From the sequence record LC819008.1: a stretch of DNA of 64,000 nt; one strand, 5' to 3'. The translations under genes were made by a program, and so were the position numbers. The notes under the pieces were generated by a model. It was not told where the DNA came from. It ran no database searches and saw nothing but the letters and a program-made list of their open reading frames with translations. This document shows, piece after piece, positions 38,127 to 47,646 of the stretch; the first letter of the stretch is position 1, and each line of letters opens with the position of its first letter.

Positions 38127-38783
38127 TTAGTGACCGCCCATCATCTCATGGATGATTTTGAGCGTATGCAGTCCGCTGTTCTTCGCGAGCACAAAGCTCG
38201 ACTGCGGACGGCCCGGCGGAATGACGACTTCGTTCGTCACCTTGTCATAAGGGAAACCGAACATCTGCGACATCGTGACCAGGTCATGAATGTTGCCTTG
38301 GCGCCAATCGGGTTCCATGTGATTGGCAAGTTTGCTGCCGTCGATACCCGAGATCAGCTCAACTGCATAGCCGATCTTGTTCTCGCTCTTGGTCTTCTCG
38401 TAATACACCACGTTCAGGCCCGGATAGGCGACTGCCAGGAATAACAAGCGGTCGTTGTGTGCATCGTACAGGTTGATCGTCGAGCACGGGGGGACCGGAG
38501 TGCCGTCGATCTGGACGAACATCGCACTGACGAGGCGTCCATAATACTCCTCCAAATTCTCCGTCTTCTCGGTGAAGATGAGTTCATTGGTGGTCAGCGT
38601 GGATTCCGGGAAATGCGACGAACCCGTGAAATCTGCGCAGGAGCAACCTGCCTGAAAGACACCACGCAGATCTTCGGTTTGCTCACCGTATTCCGAGATC
38701 AGGAAATCTGCACTCTTCTTAACCACTTCCGCCGTAACTTCGACGACACGGAAAATATTCACTTGCGAAAGCTTAACCGACAT
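38127..38783 (-). CDS. Hypothetical protein, 218 aa
   Basis: GAGGGG RBS; hairpin at 38096-38120 downstream. Confidence 0.65.
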   Translation of the reverse strand: MSVKLSQVNIFRVVEVTAEVVKKSADFLISEYGEQTEDLRGVFQAGCSCADFTGSSHFPESTLTTNELIFTEKTENLEEYYGRLVSAMFVQIDGTPVPPCSTINLYDAHNDRLLFLAVAYPGLNVVYYEKTKSENKIGYAVELISGIDGSKLANHMEPDWRQGNIHDLVTMSQMFGFPYDKVTNEVVIPPGRPQSSFVLAKNSGLHTLKIIHEMMGGH

Positions 38784-38848
38784 TTTAATCCCCTCTAGTT
38801 ATGAAAAGAAAAAGGCCCCGAAGGGCCTCTTGTATTGCATTCTGCTGA

Positions 38849-39430
38849 TTACTTCGCGATGACTTCGGCTTGCGTCGGAGCCAGCGGGATCTTGAAAGCT
38901 TCCTTTTCAGCATCCCAGGGAAGGCCGAAGAAGTCTGCCATCTTCTTCCAGTCGCCCTTCACCTTTTCCCAGAAGGAACCGGCACCGCCGTCTTCCTTGT
39001 TGTAGGAAAGAGAGAAGCGATCGTCGTCACGATGCTCGACGTGCGTGATGACCTGATTCACGCCAGGCGACAGAACCTTGACCCACAGGTGAGCCTGAAA
39101 GTTCTTTTCGTGAACCGTGATCGTCTTGCCAGGCTGGATGAATTCACCAGCTTCGTCGACGAACACCATCTTCTTCAGGATGCTCGGGATATCCTGGCGA
39201 TCCATGAAGCCGCCCGACAGTGCAACGAACTTCACATAGTCCGTCATCACCAGAGCGATCCCGAATGCATCGCGCATGCGGATCACGTCTTCGCCCTGAG
39301 CCTTGGCCAGATCACTCAACCACTGAGCAGCTTGACCTTCCGGCAGCTTGCCAACCGTCATCGTCTTGAGGACGCGACCGTTGTTTTCCGAAACGGGTTC
39401 TTGCGGAACAGCGAGTTCTTGCTTATTCAT
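38849..39430 (-). CDS. Hypothetical protein, 193 aa
   Basis: GGAG RBS; biased codons; hairpin at 38813-38828 downstream. Confidence 0.7.
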   Translation of the reverse strand: MNKQELAVPQEPVSENNGRVLKTMTVGKLPEGQAAQWLSDLAKAQGEDVIRMRDAFGIALVMTDYVKFVALSGGFMDRQDIPSILKKMVFVDEAGEFIQPGKTITVHEKNFQAHLWVKVLSPGVNQVITHVEHRDDDRFSLSYNKEDGGAGSFWEKVKGDWKKMADFFGLPWDAEKEAFKIPLAPTQAEVIAK

Positions 39431-39500
39431 CTTGTTCTCCAGAGAAAAGAATTGTAGCGGAGCCGACCATTCGGCTCCATTAGGGTTTTACTACTACTGC

Positions 39501-39833
39501 TTAGTACGGGGCGTAGTCCATCGTGCTAGCGAACGCAATGAACGTTTCGCTCAGCAGGAACTTGCCATTGACTTCGACGATGATGCCTTCGTGCTTGAGC
39601 AGCGCGACTTCTTCATCGATGTTGCCCTTCTGGACTGCTTCATACAGTTCGAAGTCCGTGAGGCCGTCGAACTTGGTGCTCTTTGCCAGAGCGTTGATCA
39701 CATGACGATGCTTCGGTGCGCCACCTATCACGTGGTCGAGATGGAATGCACGGCCATACGACTCCATCATTACAGCCGGAACCTTTGTGCCGATGAAGTT
39801 GGTTTCAACCTTGAACGATTCGATCTTGAACAT
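39501..39833 (-). CDS. Hypothetical protein, 110 aa
   Basis: AGGAG RBS. Confidence 0.7.
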   Translation of the reverse strand: MFKIESFKVETNFIGTKVPAVMMESYGRAFHLDHVIGGAPKHRHVINALAKSTKFDGLTDFELYEAVQKGNIDEEVALLKHEGIIVEVNGKFLLSETFIAFASTMDYAPY

Positions 39834-39854
39834 GGTGATTCTCCTGAATAGGTT

Positions 39855-40076
39855 TTAGATAGCTGCTTGGAAGGTCAGCGTGTTGATCTTGCCAGCCTTG
39901 AACAGAGCGCGTTCGATGCGCATCATGCGGCTGTCGATCTTCTTGCTGATTGCTTCGAAGCGACCGAGGTTATTCGTCTTGCGTGCTGCTTCCTTAGCTG
40001 CCTTAGCTGCTTCGAGCTTAGCGGCCAGCTTGTTAACGCGTGCATTGAAAGCGATTGCCTTGAGGATCTTGTTCAT
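39855..40076 (-). CDS. Small basic helical protein, 73 aa, probable early gene
   Basis: AAGGAG RBS; first gene after the promoter motif at 40151. Confidence 0.7.
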   Translation of the reverse strand: MNKILKAIAFNARVNKLAAKLEAAKAAKEAARKTNNLGRFEAISKKIDSRMMRIERALFKAGKINTLTFQAAI

Positions 40077-40150
40077 GTTGTTCTCCTTGGGTACTAAATT
40101 TTGGCCATACGGGAAAGGTTATTCAGGCTTCATTGCTGAATGTCACCCGA

Positions 40151-40159
40151 GTTATATAT
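40151..40159 (-). promoter_or_regulatory. Putative early promoter motif ATATATAAC
   Basis: Recurring motif downstream of the helicase terminator. Confidence 0.55.
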
Positions 40160-40201
40160 AGTTGAAAATCTTTGGAATGCGATTTTTTACAGCAAAAAAA
40201 G

Positions 40202-40243
40202 ATAGCACTCTCCAGGGGCCGAAGCCCCTGGAGAGTATGCTAT
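40202..40243. terminator. Hairpin terminator, 13-bp core, UUCG loop on minus strand
   Basis: actctccaggggc-cgaa-gcccctggagagt preceded by an A tract. Confidence 0.75.
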
Positions 40244-41850
40244 AAACCTAATGTTGCGGTATGGTGCATTGTCGTGGAGATCAACGCCCTGTCTTTCAGC
40301 AAGTCTTTCTTGGACTTGTGATAGCTCATGTGTTTCGCAATGTTCATGCACACGAAGTACACAAACGTGGGAACACGATCCGAACCATAAAGCTTCTTAA
40401 GATCACGTAAGCGACCCAAAGCTTGCAGGTTAGACTGAATCGAATCGATAGCAACCGTCATGATCACTGTCGTCAGATTCGGGATATCGATAGCCGTGCC
40501 AGCCTTTTGCAAGGTAGCAAAGATGACGTCAGCGCCAAGCGCATCAATCAACGAATCCCCCTGGTTGTATTTCGCCAACTTCAGTTCAGGCATCAACTGC
40601 TTGTAGTACATCATCGCATCTTCGCACATCTTTCGAGTTGCAAAGTAGATGAGGCACTTCTCGCCATCCTTTCTTTCGAAGAAATACGTCTTACGCATCA
40701 CATCGTAAATCATCAAGTAATACTGCTTGTACAACTTACTTGACCGATGCAAAGACTTCTCGAACTCCACATGGGAATACGATGTTCTTCCCCTTGCCGT
40801 TGTTTTAAGACGACGCGGTTCATGAATGTCGAACATCCATGCAACAGTCCGAGCGTACTTCCTGTACTCAGGCACCCGCATCCGGTTCTTATCCGGATAC
40901 GCCATCTGGTACATGTCCATCAGAAACTGGTTACGATTCACCAGAGTAGCGGACAACGAAACGGACTGCTCGATATGTGTGTACAGATCGAACAGGAAGT
41001 TAGCATGAAAGTCCTGGTGCGTTTCGTCAATGATCCGGAAACCAAAACCGCACGCCTGCATGAACTCCCACGGGAAGATACGGAAACCAGGAACGTATTC
41101 GCCGGGTGGCATCTTTTCCTGATCCGAAATCCAGTTACGCATGGTGGCGTTTGAAATGAAGACGAATGTTGGCTCCAACCAACCATCCATCAGTCCATTG
41201 ATCAGCCAGATGAGTTTTTCTGATCCGCCTTTATTGTTCTCGCCGCCAATCAGCAGGATCTGCGTAGGCGCAATGTCACATTGCTTCATGACATCATCGC
41301 GCCACTTATCGAGATAGCCGGGTTTCATGAACCCAACAGTCCGATAGCCCCAATGAGCGGCTGCGAAAATTGACATGGCTGACTTACCGCCGCCCGTCTG
41401 CATTCCCACCAGTTTTGAAACGATCTCGGGATTTTTCAACTGCTCCACGATGTCAACTTGATCGGGGAACGGCTTAAAGAAATCCTTGATCTTGATCTCT
41501 ACTTTTGCCGACTCGTAAGTCGGTTCAGTTGTATAAGTTACGTCCTCAGGTCTAGCGCCTGCTCGCTCCAGAATGTTCTTGAAGTCGGGCAAGCTGTTGA
41601 TGTGAAAACGGTACTCCAGATCGGGATGATTCCAATCGTATTCGAGCGGAGGTTCGTTTATACTTGTTCTTGTCGGCGGGGAAGAGTAGGAATCTTTGAA
41701 GTCGAGATACCTCTCGCCTCCTGCTTCATCCCAGTCCCAATGCTCGAACCAGGATGCAAATTTTCCCACGATCTTTCGCGCCGCCGGTGACTCTTCGCCA
41801 AACTTCACTGCGTAGTGATGGCTAAAGATCCGGACGTTTAGCTTACTCAT
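40240..41850 (-). CDS. Superfamily 2 DExH helicase (phiKZ gp75 position)
   Basis: Walker A MQTGGGKS, Walker B IIDETH, motif III SLSAT, GTAIDIP, QALGRLR. Confidence 0.88.
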   Translation of the reverse strand: MSKLNVRIFSHHYAVKFGEESPAARKIVGKFASWFEHWDWDEAGGERYLDFKDSYSSPPTRTSINEPPLEYDWNHPDLEYRFHINSLPDFKNILERAGARPEDVTYTTEPTYESAKVEIKIKDFFKPFPDQVDIVEQLKNPEIVSKLVGMQTGGGKSAMSIFAAAHWGYRTVGFMKPGYLDKWRDDVMKQCDIAPTQILLIGGENNKGGSEKLIWLINGLMDGWLEPTFVFISNATMRNWISDQEKMPPGEYVPGFRIFPWEFMQACGFGFRIIDETHQDFHANFLFDLYTHIEQSVSLSATLVNRNQFLMDMYQMAYPDKNRMRVPEYRKYARTVAWMFDIHEPRRLKTTARGRTSYSHVEFEKSLHRSSKLYKQYYLMIYDVMRKTYFFERKDGEKCLIYFATRKMCEDAMMYYKQLMPELKLAKYNQGDSLIDALGADVIFATLQKAGTAIDIPNLTTVIMTVAIDSIQSNLQALGRLRDLKKLYGSDRVPTFVYFVCMNIAKHMSYHKSKKDLLKDRALISTTMHHTATLGL

Positions 41851-41928
41851 CGTGCAAAAAACCCCATAGGCATAGCTCAAAGGATTGAGCAAGCTGTATG
41901 TTTTATCGAGGTTCGATTAGAAAAATTA

Positions 41929-41952
41929 ATGGAGAGACCGAAGTCTCTCCAT
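41929..41952. terminator. Hairpin terminator
   Basis: atggagagac-cgaa-gtctctccat. Confidence 0.65.
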
Positions 41953-41958
41953 CACGCT

Positions 41959-42768
41959 TTACTGCGGCAAGGTCCGTTGGCCAGACTTAGCATAACCGTT
42001 CGCATAGAACTGCTTCACGAACGCATGCAAAACCGCATCACGCTTCATCGCTTCACGCAAAGACATCCATCCTTCATTCTGATAGACCCGTTGGATCTTC
42101 AGTTGGAAAGGTTGTGACTTGATGTACAGTGCGGTTTCGCCTGATGGATCGTTGTACTGAACCACGTCCATCGGCGTACCGCCTAACGTCCAGGACACAC
42201 GAATCGTGTTAATGTCCGGATAGTAATGCAGAGTACGAGGCGTGTTGTAAATCGTGCGGGTTTCCTGATCATCGTCATGGAAGCTGGTATAAACCGGCAA
42301 CCGTTCGTACTGATAGTCATTCTCCCTGAGCACCTCGTGGATGTCGCAGCCACTGAGATGCTTGTACGCAGCCTGAATCAGGACAAGAGTGAAATCCGAG
42401 AAAGCTGTCTCAGGATCAATCTTCTTTTCCTGATTTCCCATGGGTCGCATGAGAGGCTTGTTGTACAAATGCGCCAGATAAACTTTGCGCATTCCTTCAG
42501 CCACTTTGACGATCGGGCCGAAACCGATGTCTACCAGGTATTCTGGAATTTCCATACGACGAGTGTCGTTAACTTGCCCTACCTTAATCGGAACTTCGAC
42601 GAACCGTGCGTCACTGCCGACTTTAAGATTGTCGAGGTTCTTTTTATAAGACAGGTAGAGCTTGTGCATTCCCGACTGCAACGCCGAAAGGATTACTCCT
42701 GACTCGCCATTGGGCATCGGGAAAACTTCAAACACCTGGCACGTCATTGTTGCATTTTCCATTTTCAT
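41959..42768 (-). CDS. Hypothetical protein (start MKMENA at 42768)
   Basis: GGAG RBS. Confidence 0.65.
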   Translation of the reverse strand: MKMENATMTCQVFEVFPMPNGESGVILSALQSGMHKLYLSYKKNLDNLKVGSDARFVEVPIKVGQVNDTRRMEIPEYLVDIGFGPIVKVAEGMRKVYLAHLYNKPLMRPMGNQEKKIDPETAFSDFTLVLIQAAYKHLSGCDIHEVLRENDYQYERLPVYTSFHDDDQETRTIYNTPRTLHYYPDINTIRVSWTLGGTPMDVVQYNDPSGETALYIKSQPFQLKIQRVYQNEGWMSLREAMKRDAVLHAFVKQFYANGYAKSGQRTLPQ

Positions 42769-42854
42769 TTTAAAACACTCCGTTACGGATTTACGCCCCC
42801 TAAAGCGGGAGCAAAGGGATAGCCGTTTTGACCCACGGCTGAGGGTTACCACAC

Positions 42855-44861
42855 TTACACTCTTGGCAAGAGCTCGGGATGGAGAATCGCATCCATCGGA
42901 TGATCAGGACGATTCTTGTTGATGAACGACTCAACCGAACTGAAGATGATCGTATGTTTTTCGAACGCCATCGTCGCTGCGAGTGAACGCATTGCCATAG
43001 CTCTCGACATAACACCGATACCACGCTTACTCCACGGCTTGCTGAGTGCGTAGTTACCTTCCTTCGCAGAACGTACCGAAATCCCGTAAACCGCCACAGA
43101 GACCTGAGCCATGTTGATGGTCAGTTCACTATTGAGCAGTTCGTAGGTATCCAGCAGGAATTGATCCACGTCAGTAAACTGATCGCGAATCTCTTCACGC
43201 TTCACTTCCGACTCGATGTGGGATTTGAACCCCAACGAGAAGTCGATCAGCGAATCGTTCTTCATCGGCACGAACGCAAAGGGCTTGCGATAATCCCAAT
43301 TGCTCATGTCGATGACGAAGTTGTTCTTATCGTCAATCTCCCAATACTGATCCTTCACATACTTCAGCATGTCATGACTGAACGATGCCATGCGTTTGCC
43401 GGTACCGAGGATGAACGGGCGGCGATCCACATACTCGACCTTGCCCTTGTGTTCGATCTCCAGAGACATTGAGCCGATTTCCGTAATACGACCGATAGAA
43501 ACACGATCGATGTCGGTGAGATACATCACGTCGGTCAACGATTTTCCTTCGTCGTGACTGATGATCATCTTGTAATTCATGCCCTTCATGTTCTCTGTGA
43601 AGTAATACGAAATACCATCGCGACCAACTTCGAGGTACTGCGCATCTTCTTCATCGATTCTCAGCTTCTGCACCACGCTGTTAGCCAGGTAATGCTTCTT
43701 CGACAACTGACGCTGAATAATGAACGCGTACAGGTCGGTGGTCATCAACTGACCGAGGTTGGTACGTTTCGGAATCGTCAGGCTGATTGCACCCAGACAG
43801 CATTCGCATACGCCGTTCGGATCCGGATGCGCACAATGGTTAATGTTGCGCGCATGAATGATTTTCCCGATCAGATGCTCATCGGTACTTTTCAGTTCGT
43901 ACAGCGTTTCCGTCGGATCTTCAGGCAGCGTATAATACACGCCTTCGTTCAATTCCAGATCGCTTGCGGTCAGATCGTTTTGCTCACGAATCTTGAACGG
44001 AATGAAGCTCTTCGTACCACAGTCGCCAGGATGCACATTCATCAGGATTTCATTCAAGATTTCCTGACGCCGCGACTGATACACCGCATCTTCCAACTCA
44101 GCTTTGGTAGCTTCGATGGCTTGCGATGCCTTACGCGACTCGACCATGTTGTCATACAGCGTACGATGGCCGTCGGTATAATTCGACATCAGCGGATACT
44201 TGAAGATCTCGCCGCCCAGATCCTCAATGTAACCAGTCGGCGCAATTGCCTGAACCAACTGGTTCGTCTTGATGACGCCCGCTCGCGCCATGCGGACTGC
44301 ACGGTTGTTCATGATTTCGGGAATCGTCGATTTCGCAATCAACTTCGTGATTCCCTGAGTCGTTCCCAACACCGACTCTTCCGTGGGTCGCATCTTTTCC
44401 AACAGATCGGCGATCTCGGGCACCTTGAACAACTTGATGACATCCTTGATGGACACGGTCGAAACCGACGTGCCCATCTTGACTGCCAGCAGATTGTACA
44501 TGACATTCCCATACTCGTAAAACTCTTTGGTGAGTTCTTCGAGCAGGTCATAGTCACCGAATCGTCCAGTCTTCTTGTACGCTTCGTAGATGTCCCAGTG
44601 GATAATGTTCAACAAGTCCATGTGCATGTTCTTGTGGAACGTCTTCTTCGCCATCGAGTTGGAGATATGATGACGCTTTTTCAACGGGATCGGACGCTTG
44701 CGAATCCAATCCCACATCGGCATCGTGAAGTTGGTTTCACGATCGTTGGTGAGCAACTGGCCGTCCTCGAACTCCAGATAAAACTCACCGGTCAGTACGT
44801 CGCTGAGTTCCCAATGAGAATACTTCAGCAAATCCTCGGCTGGAAAGATAATGTCTGACAC
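42855..44861 (-). CDS. Non-virion RNA polymerase beta' subunit, C-terminal part (phiKZ gp74-like)
   Basis: GDCGT, CAHPDPNGVCECCLG Zn site, QRQLSKKH trigger-loop-like segment, SLAATMAFEK. Confidence 0.85.
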   Translation of the reverse strand: MSDIIFPAEDLLKYSHWELSDVLTGEFYLEFEDGQLLTNDRETNFTMPMWDWIRKRPIPLKKRHHISNSMAKKTFHKNMHMDLLNIIHWDIYEAYKKTGRFGDYDLLEELTKEFYEYGNVMYNLLAVKMGTSVSTVSIKDVIKLFKVPEIADLLEKMRPTEESVLGTTQGITKLIAKSTIPEIMNNRAVRMARAGVIKTNQLVQAIAPTGYIEDLGGEIFKYPLMSNYTDGHRTLYDNMVESRKASQAIEATKAELEDAVYQSRRQEILNEILMNVHPGDCGTKSFIPFKIREQNDLTASDLELNEGVYYTLPEDPTETLYELKSTDEHLIGKIIHARNINHCAHPDPNGVCECCLGAISLTIPKRTNLGQLMTTDLYAFIIQRQLSKKHYLANSVVQKLRIDEEDAQYLEVGRDGISYYFTENMKGMNYKMIISHDEGKSLTDVMYLTDIDRVSIGRITEIGSMSLEIEHKGKVEYVDRRPFILGTGKRMASFSHDMLKYVKDQYWEIDDKNNFVIDMSNWDYRKPFAFVPMKNDSLIDFSLGFKSHIESEVKREEIRDQFTDVDQFLLDTYELLNSELTINMAQVSVAVYGISVRSAKEGNYALSKPWSKRGIGVMSRAMAMRSLAATMAFEKHTIIFSSVESFINKNRPDHPMDAILHPELLPRV

Positions 44862-44874
44862 GAATTAACCTTCC

Positions 44875-47154
44875 TTATTTAAAAAGTTTTCTAATGAAAC
44901 CACTGGCCTTGCGAGCCATGTTCGCTGCCGATCGCGCCATACGTTGGAACGTGCTGGTCGCTTCGAACAGATACTCGCGCTTCTTGTCGATATAGGCGTC
45001 GCGGTGTTCGATGTCCGGATCCTTGTACTTCTGGAATACGAACTTGTAGCCATTCATGTCCAGAATGTGCTTGAAGAGTTTGAGGGCCCGATTGTTGCCA
45101 AGCGGTACGTTGTTGCGATCCACACCACGTTCGATGTTGGTCGGCGTTTTCGAATCGAGAATCGAATACACATACTCGCGGTGAGTTGCGAGAGAGTTGT
45201 TTCGATCCAGCAGATCGGCTGCCACCTGCCCACCACAATACGACATGATGATCCGCAGTTCTGCTTCGGAGATTGCTTTGACTGCCTGCGTCTTGGCCGG
45301 ATTAGAATACTTATCCGAACTCGTGACTTGCCCGAGGACACCCAGATGCTGAACCTTGGCCGTATTGGTTGCGATCCAGTCGTCGGAAATCTTTTCGAGC
45401 AGCATGAAGTACTTGTGACCCATCTCGATGTCTTCTTCGGTCCATACCCACTCACCCGAATAATCGCGATACTCCACAGGTCCAACACGAGGCGGGAACT
45501 CCGCTTCACATGCTTCAACTGCCTGACGCCATGCGGTCATGTTGTGCGTCGGACTGAGAATGTGGATGCATGGGAACTTCATCAGCCACGACAAATGCAG
45601 TGCACGCTTTTCAACATCGTCGAATTGCGCACTCGTGTAATGCTCGTGCATCGTCGGACTGAGAATCTCATACAACCTCATCAGGTCGCCCCAAACCTGG
45701 TCATACGCCTGCTGACGCTTGGGCATATCTTCCAGGACTTGCTTTTGGGTCGGCTGATCATCCGGTCCAAGCTCGATCGTGTCACGAACCGTCACCAGGA
45801 ACTCACGAGTCACCTGATTGAAATACGGCTCATACAGGCCACCGAAGTTTTGCCGGTTAAACGGCGACTCCGGAGACATGACTACTTCAGCGCGAACACC
45901 ATACTGGTTACGCGGCATTTCGTTGTCAGGCAGAACGTGACACACAACGCCCTTGTCGCCTGCACAACCAGTTGCCTTGTTACCGATGTTCGGCAGAATG
46001 TTGTACTTGATCTTGAACTCGACGCGCCAATCATCGATCGGTGCTTTGTGATACAGCTTTTGCACCACGTCGCCGATGTCGTAATCCGTCATCGCACATG
46101 CTTCGAGAACGAGACGATGGAATTCGTCCGTCAGATGCATTTCGCCACGGCGCTGACGATACTGCTCGTTGTAGACGTTCAGAATTTCCCGATAGAAGCG
46201 ATCGGTCAGATCCTTGTAATACTCGACCTGATCATTCATGCCGTTAGGCAACGAACGATTGTCGTGATAGACCATGATGTCGATGATTTCGCCATCACCT
46301 GCGCGAGTATACAGCTTGTCATCGTACGTCATGTCCAGCATACGGGTATCATGAATACCCATGCTGCACACCGCGAGCCGTTCATCGAACTCACGAGTGG
46401 CCATCAGCAGGCCGTCAGGACGAATGCGTTCACCTACGTCCTTGAAGATTTTATAACGCTTGCGCGGGTCTTCACTCCGCGGGTCGCCGAACATATTCAG
46501 GCCATAACGGTTTTGGCCCCAGCTAGCAGTACGAGTCTCAATCATGTTGAAACTCATCTTCTTCAGTGCGGACTCCGAAATCAGAATACCGTCTTCAGAT
46601 ACTGCCGGGTGACTCATGTTGGCGAACATGAGATTCAGGCCATAGCCGTAACCACCACCAGCTTTAATCGATGGCGATGTGAGGAATTCGGTCCCTTCCT
46701 CGAAACTTGCTCCTTTTGCAATGCGAGCCCAGTCGCTCGTTTTCTTATACTGGAAACCAAAGTACTGGTGTTCCAGCGAATAGTCTCGCAGATCCAGACA
46801 GCCGATCGGACGGCCAGGATTTTTCAAATCGACATAGATCGCGATCCTTTGAGGATTCGTGATCGTGCTGCCGATGGTACGAGAGCGCGGAAACCGATCG
46901 ATGACTGCAAGAATCTCGATATCACTCGGTGCTTTAACTGAAAAACAATACTCCCCGAATCGTGCTTCAGTCCCTGTTTGCCAATAGCGTTCCTCCGAGC
47001 CAGAGATGACAAGTGCTTGCGGCAAGTGCCCAGCGAACATCACCTTCCGAGGACCACTGTTTACATCGACCCATGGATCCATGGAATTGTTTGAGAGAAA
47101 CTCCGCGTGGAGCTCGCTTGGATGACGGGCTAATATTGTCATTGATCCATCCAT
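44875..47154 (-). CDS. Non-virion RNA polymerase beta subunit, C-terminal part (phiKZ gp71-73-like)
   Basis: RKVMFAGHLPQA, SEDGILIS, GNKATGCAGDKGV, SPFNRQN, KAISEAE. Confidence 0.88.
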   Translation of the reverse strand: MDGSMTILARHPSELHAEFLSNNSMDPWVDVNSGPRKVMFAGHLPQALVISGSEERYWQTGTEARFGEYCFSVKAPSDIEILAVIDRFPRSRTIGSTITNPQRIAIYVDLKNPGRPIGCLDLRDYSLEHQYFGFQYKKTSDWARIAKGASFEEGTEFLTSPSIKAGGGYGYGLNLMFANMSHPAVSEDGILISESALKKMSFNMIETRTASWGQNRYGLNMFGDPRSEDPRKRYKIFKDVGERIRPDGLLMATREFDERLAVCSMGIHDTRMLDMTYDDKLYTRAGDGEIIDIMVYHDNRSLPNGMNDQVEYYKDLTDRFYREILNVYNEQYRQRRGEMHLTDEFHRLVLEACAMTDYDIGDVVQKLYHKAPIDDWRVEFKIKYNILPNIGNKATGCAGDKGVVCHVLPDNEMPRNQYGVRAEVVMSPESPFNRQNFGGLYEPYFNQVTREFLVTVRDTIELGPDDQPTQKQVLEDMPKRQQAYDQVWGDLMRLYEILSPTMHEHYTSAQFDDVEKRALHLSWLMKFPCIHILSPTHNMTAWRQAVEACEAEFPPRVGPVEYRDYSGEWVWTEEDIEMGHKYFMLLEKISDDWIATNTAKVQHLGVLGQVTSSDKYSNPAKTQAVKAISEAELRIIMSYCGGQVAADLLDRNNSLATHREYVYSILDSKTPTNIERGVDRNNVPLGNNRALKLFKHILDMNGYKFVFQKYKDPDIEHRDAYIDKKREYLFEATSTFQRMARSAANMARKASGFIRKLFK

Positions 47155-47203
47155 TCTGTTTTGAAAGTTGAACTGTCTGAGACTTCTAGACAGTATCCAA
47201 GAT

Positions 47204-47212
47204 ATGATATAT
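47204..47212 (-). promoter_or_regulatory. Putative early promoter motif ATATATCAT
   Basis: About 50 nt upstream of the nvRNAP beta start. Confidence 0.55.
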
Positions 47213-47249
47213 TTCTCTAATATTTTATATAGGCCCTTGAAGGATTCTT

Positions 47250-47591
47250 ATGCCTGCCATTCTGGATAACATCGATAACCAAGGTCCGGCGATTTACTAT
47301 TCCGAAACCTTCAGACAGATGATCGAGGATCACCTGACTGTTCTCAAAACGATGTCGACTACTCAAGTGCGCACCATCACCGATGATGACTGGGCGACGC
47401 TGTACAAATATGAAGGAGACTTCTATGGTCTTCTTGGCGCATTGCAAGTTGACCGCAAGTATCATTGGACAGTGATGCGCATGAATGGTTTCCGTAGCCG
47501 ATTTGAAGCTACGGACGACATCGCTCAACTGATGCTGCCTGACTGGACGTATGTGGACAAGCTCGCACAACTGAGCAAAGAGAAGAAATAA
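47250..47591 (+). CDS. Conserved small protein, 113 aa, lone plus-strand gene in the core block
   Basis: AAGGA RBS; YKYEGDFYGLL and WTVMRMNG motifs. Confidence 0.65.
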   Translation: MPAILDNIDNQGPAIYYSETFRQMIEDHLTVLKTMSTTQVRTITDDDWATLYKYEGDFYGLLGALQVDRKYHWTVMRMNGFRSRFEATDDIAQLMLPDWTYVDKLAQLSKEKK

Positions 47592-47602
47592 ACAAAAGAA
47601 AA

Positions 47603-47634
47603 TACTACTGGATCCCGCGAGGGATCCAGTAGTA
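47603..47634. terminator. Bidirectional hairpin terminator, 14-bp stem, GCGA loop
   Basis: tactactggatccc-gcga-gggatccagtagta between convergent genes. Confidence 0.8.
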
Positions 47635-47646
47635 CCTTATGCCGTC

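Noticed and set aside
42855-47154. Inteins or introns in the RNAP genes (common in phiKZ relatives)
   Set aside because: Frames are continuous and of expected size, with no LAGLIDADG/HNH or intein C/HN motifs seen; the same holds for 57772-59403
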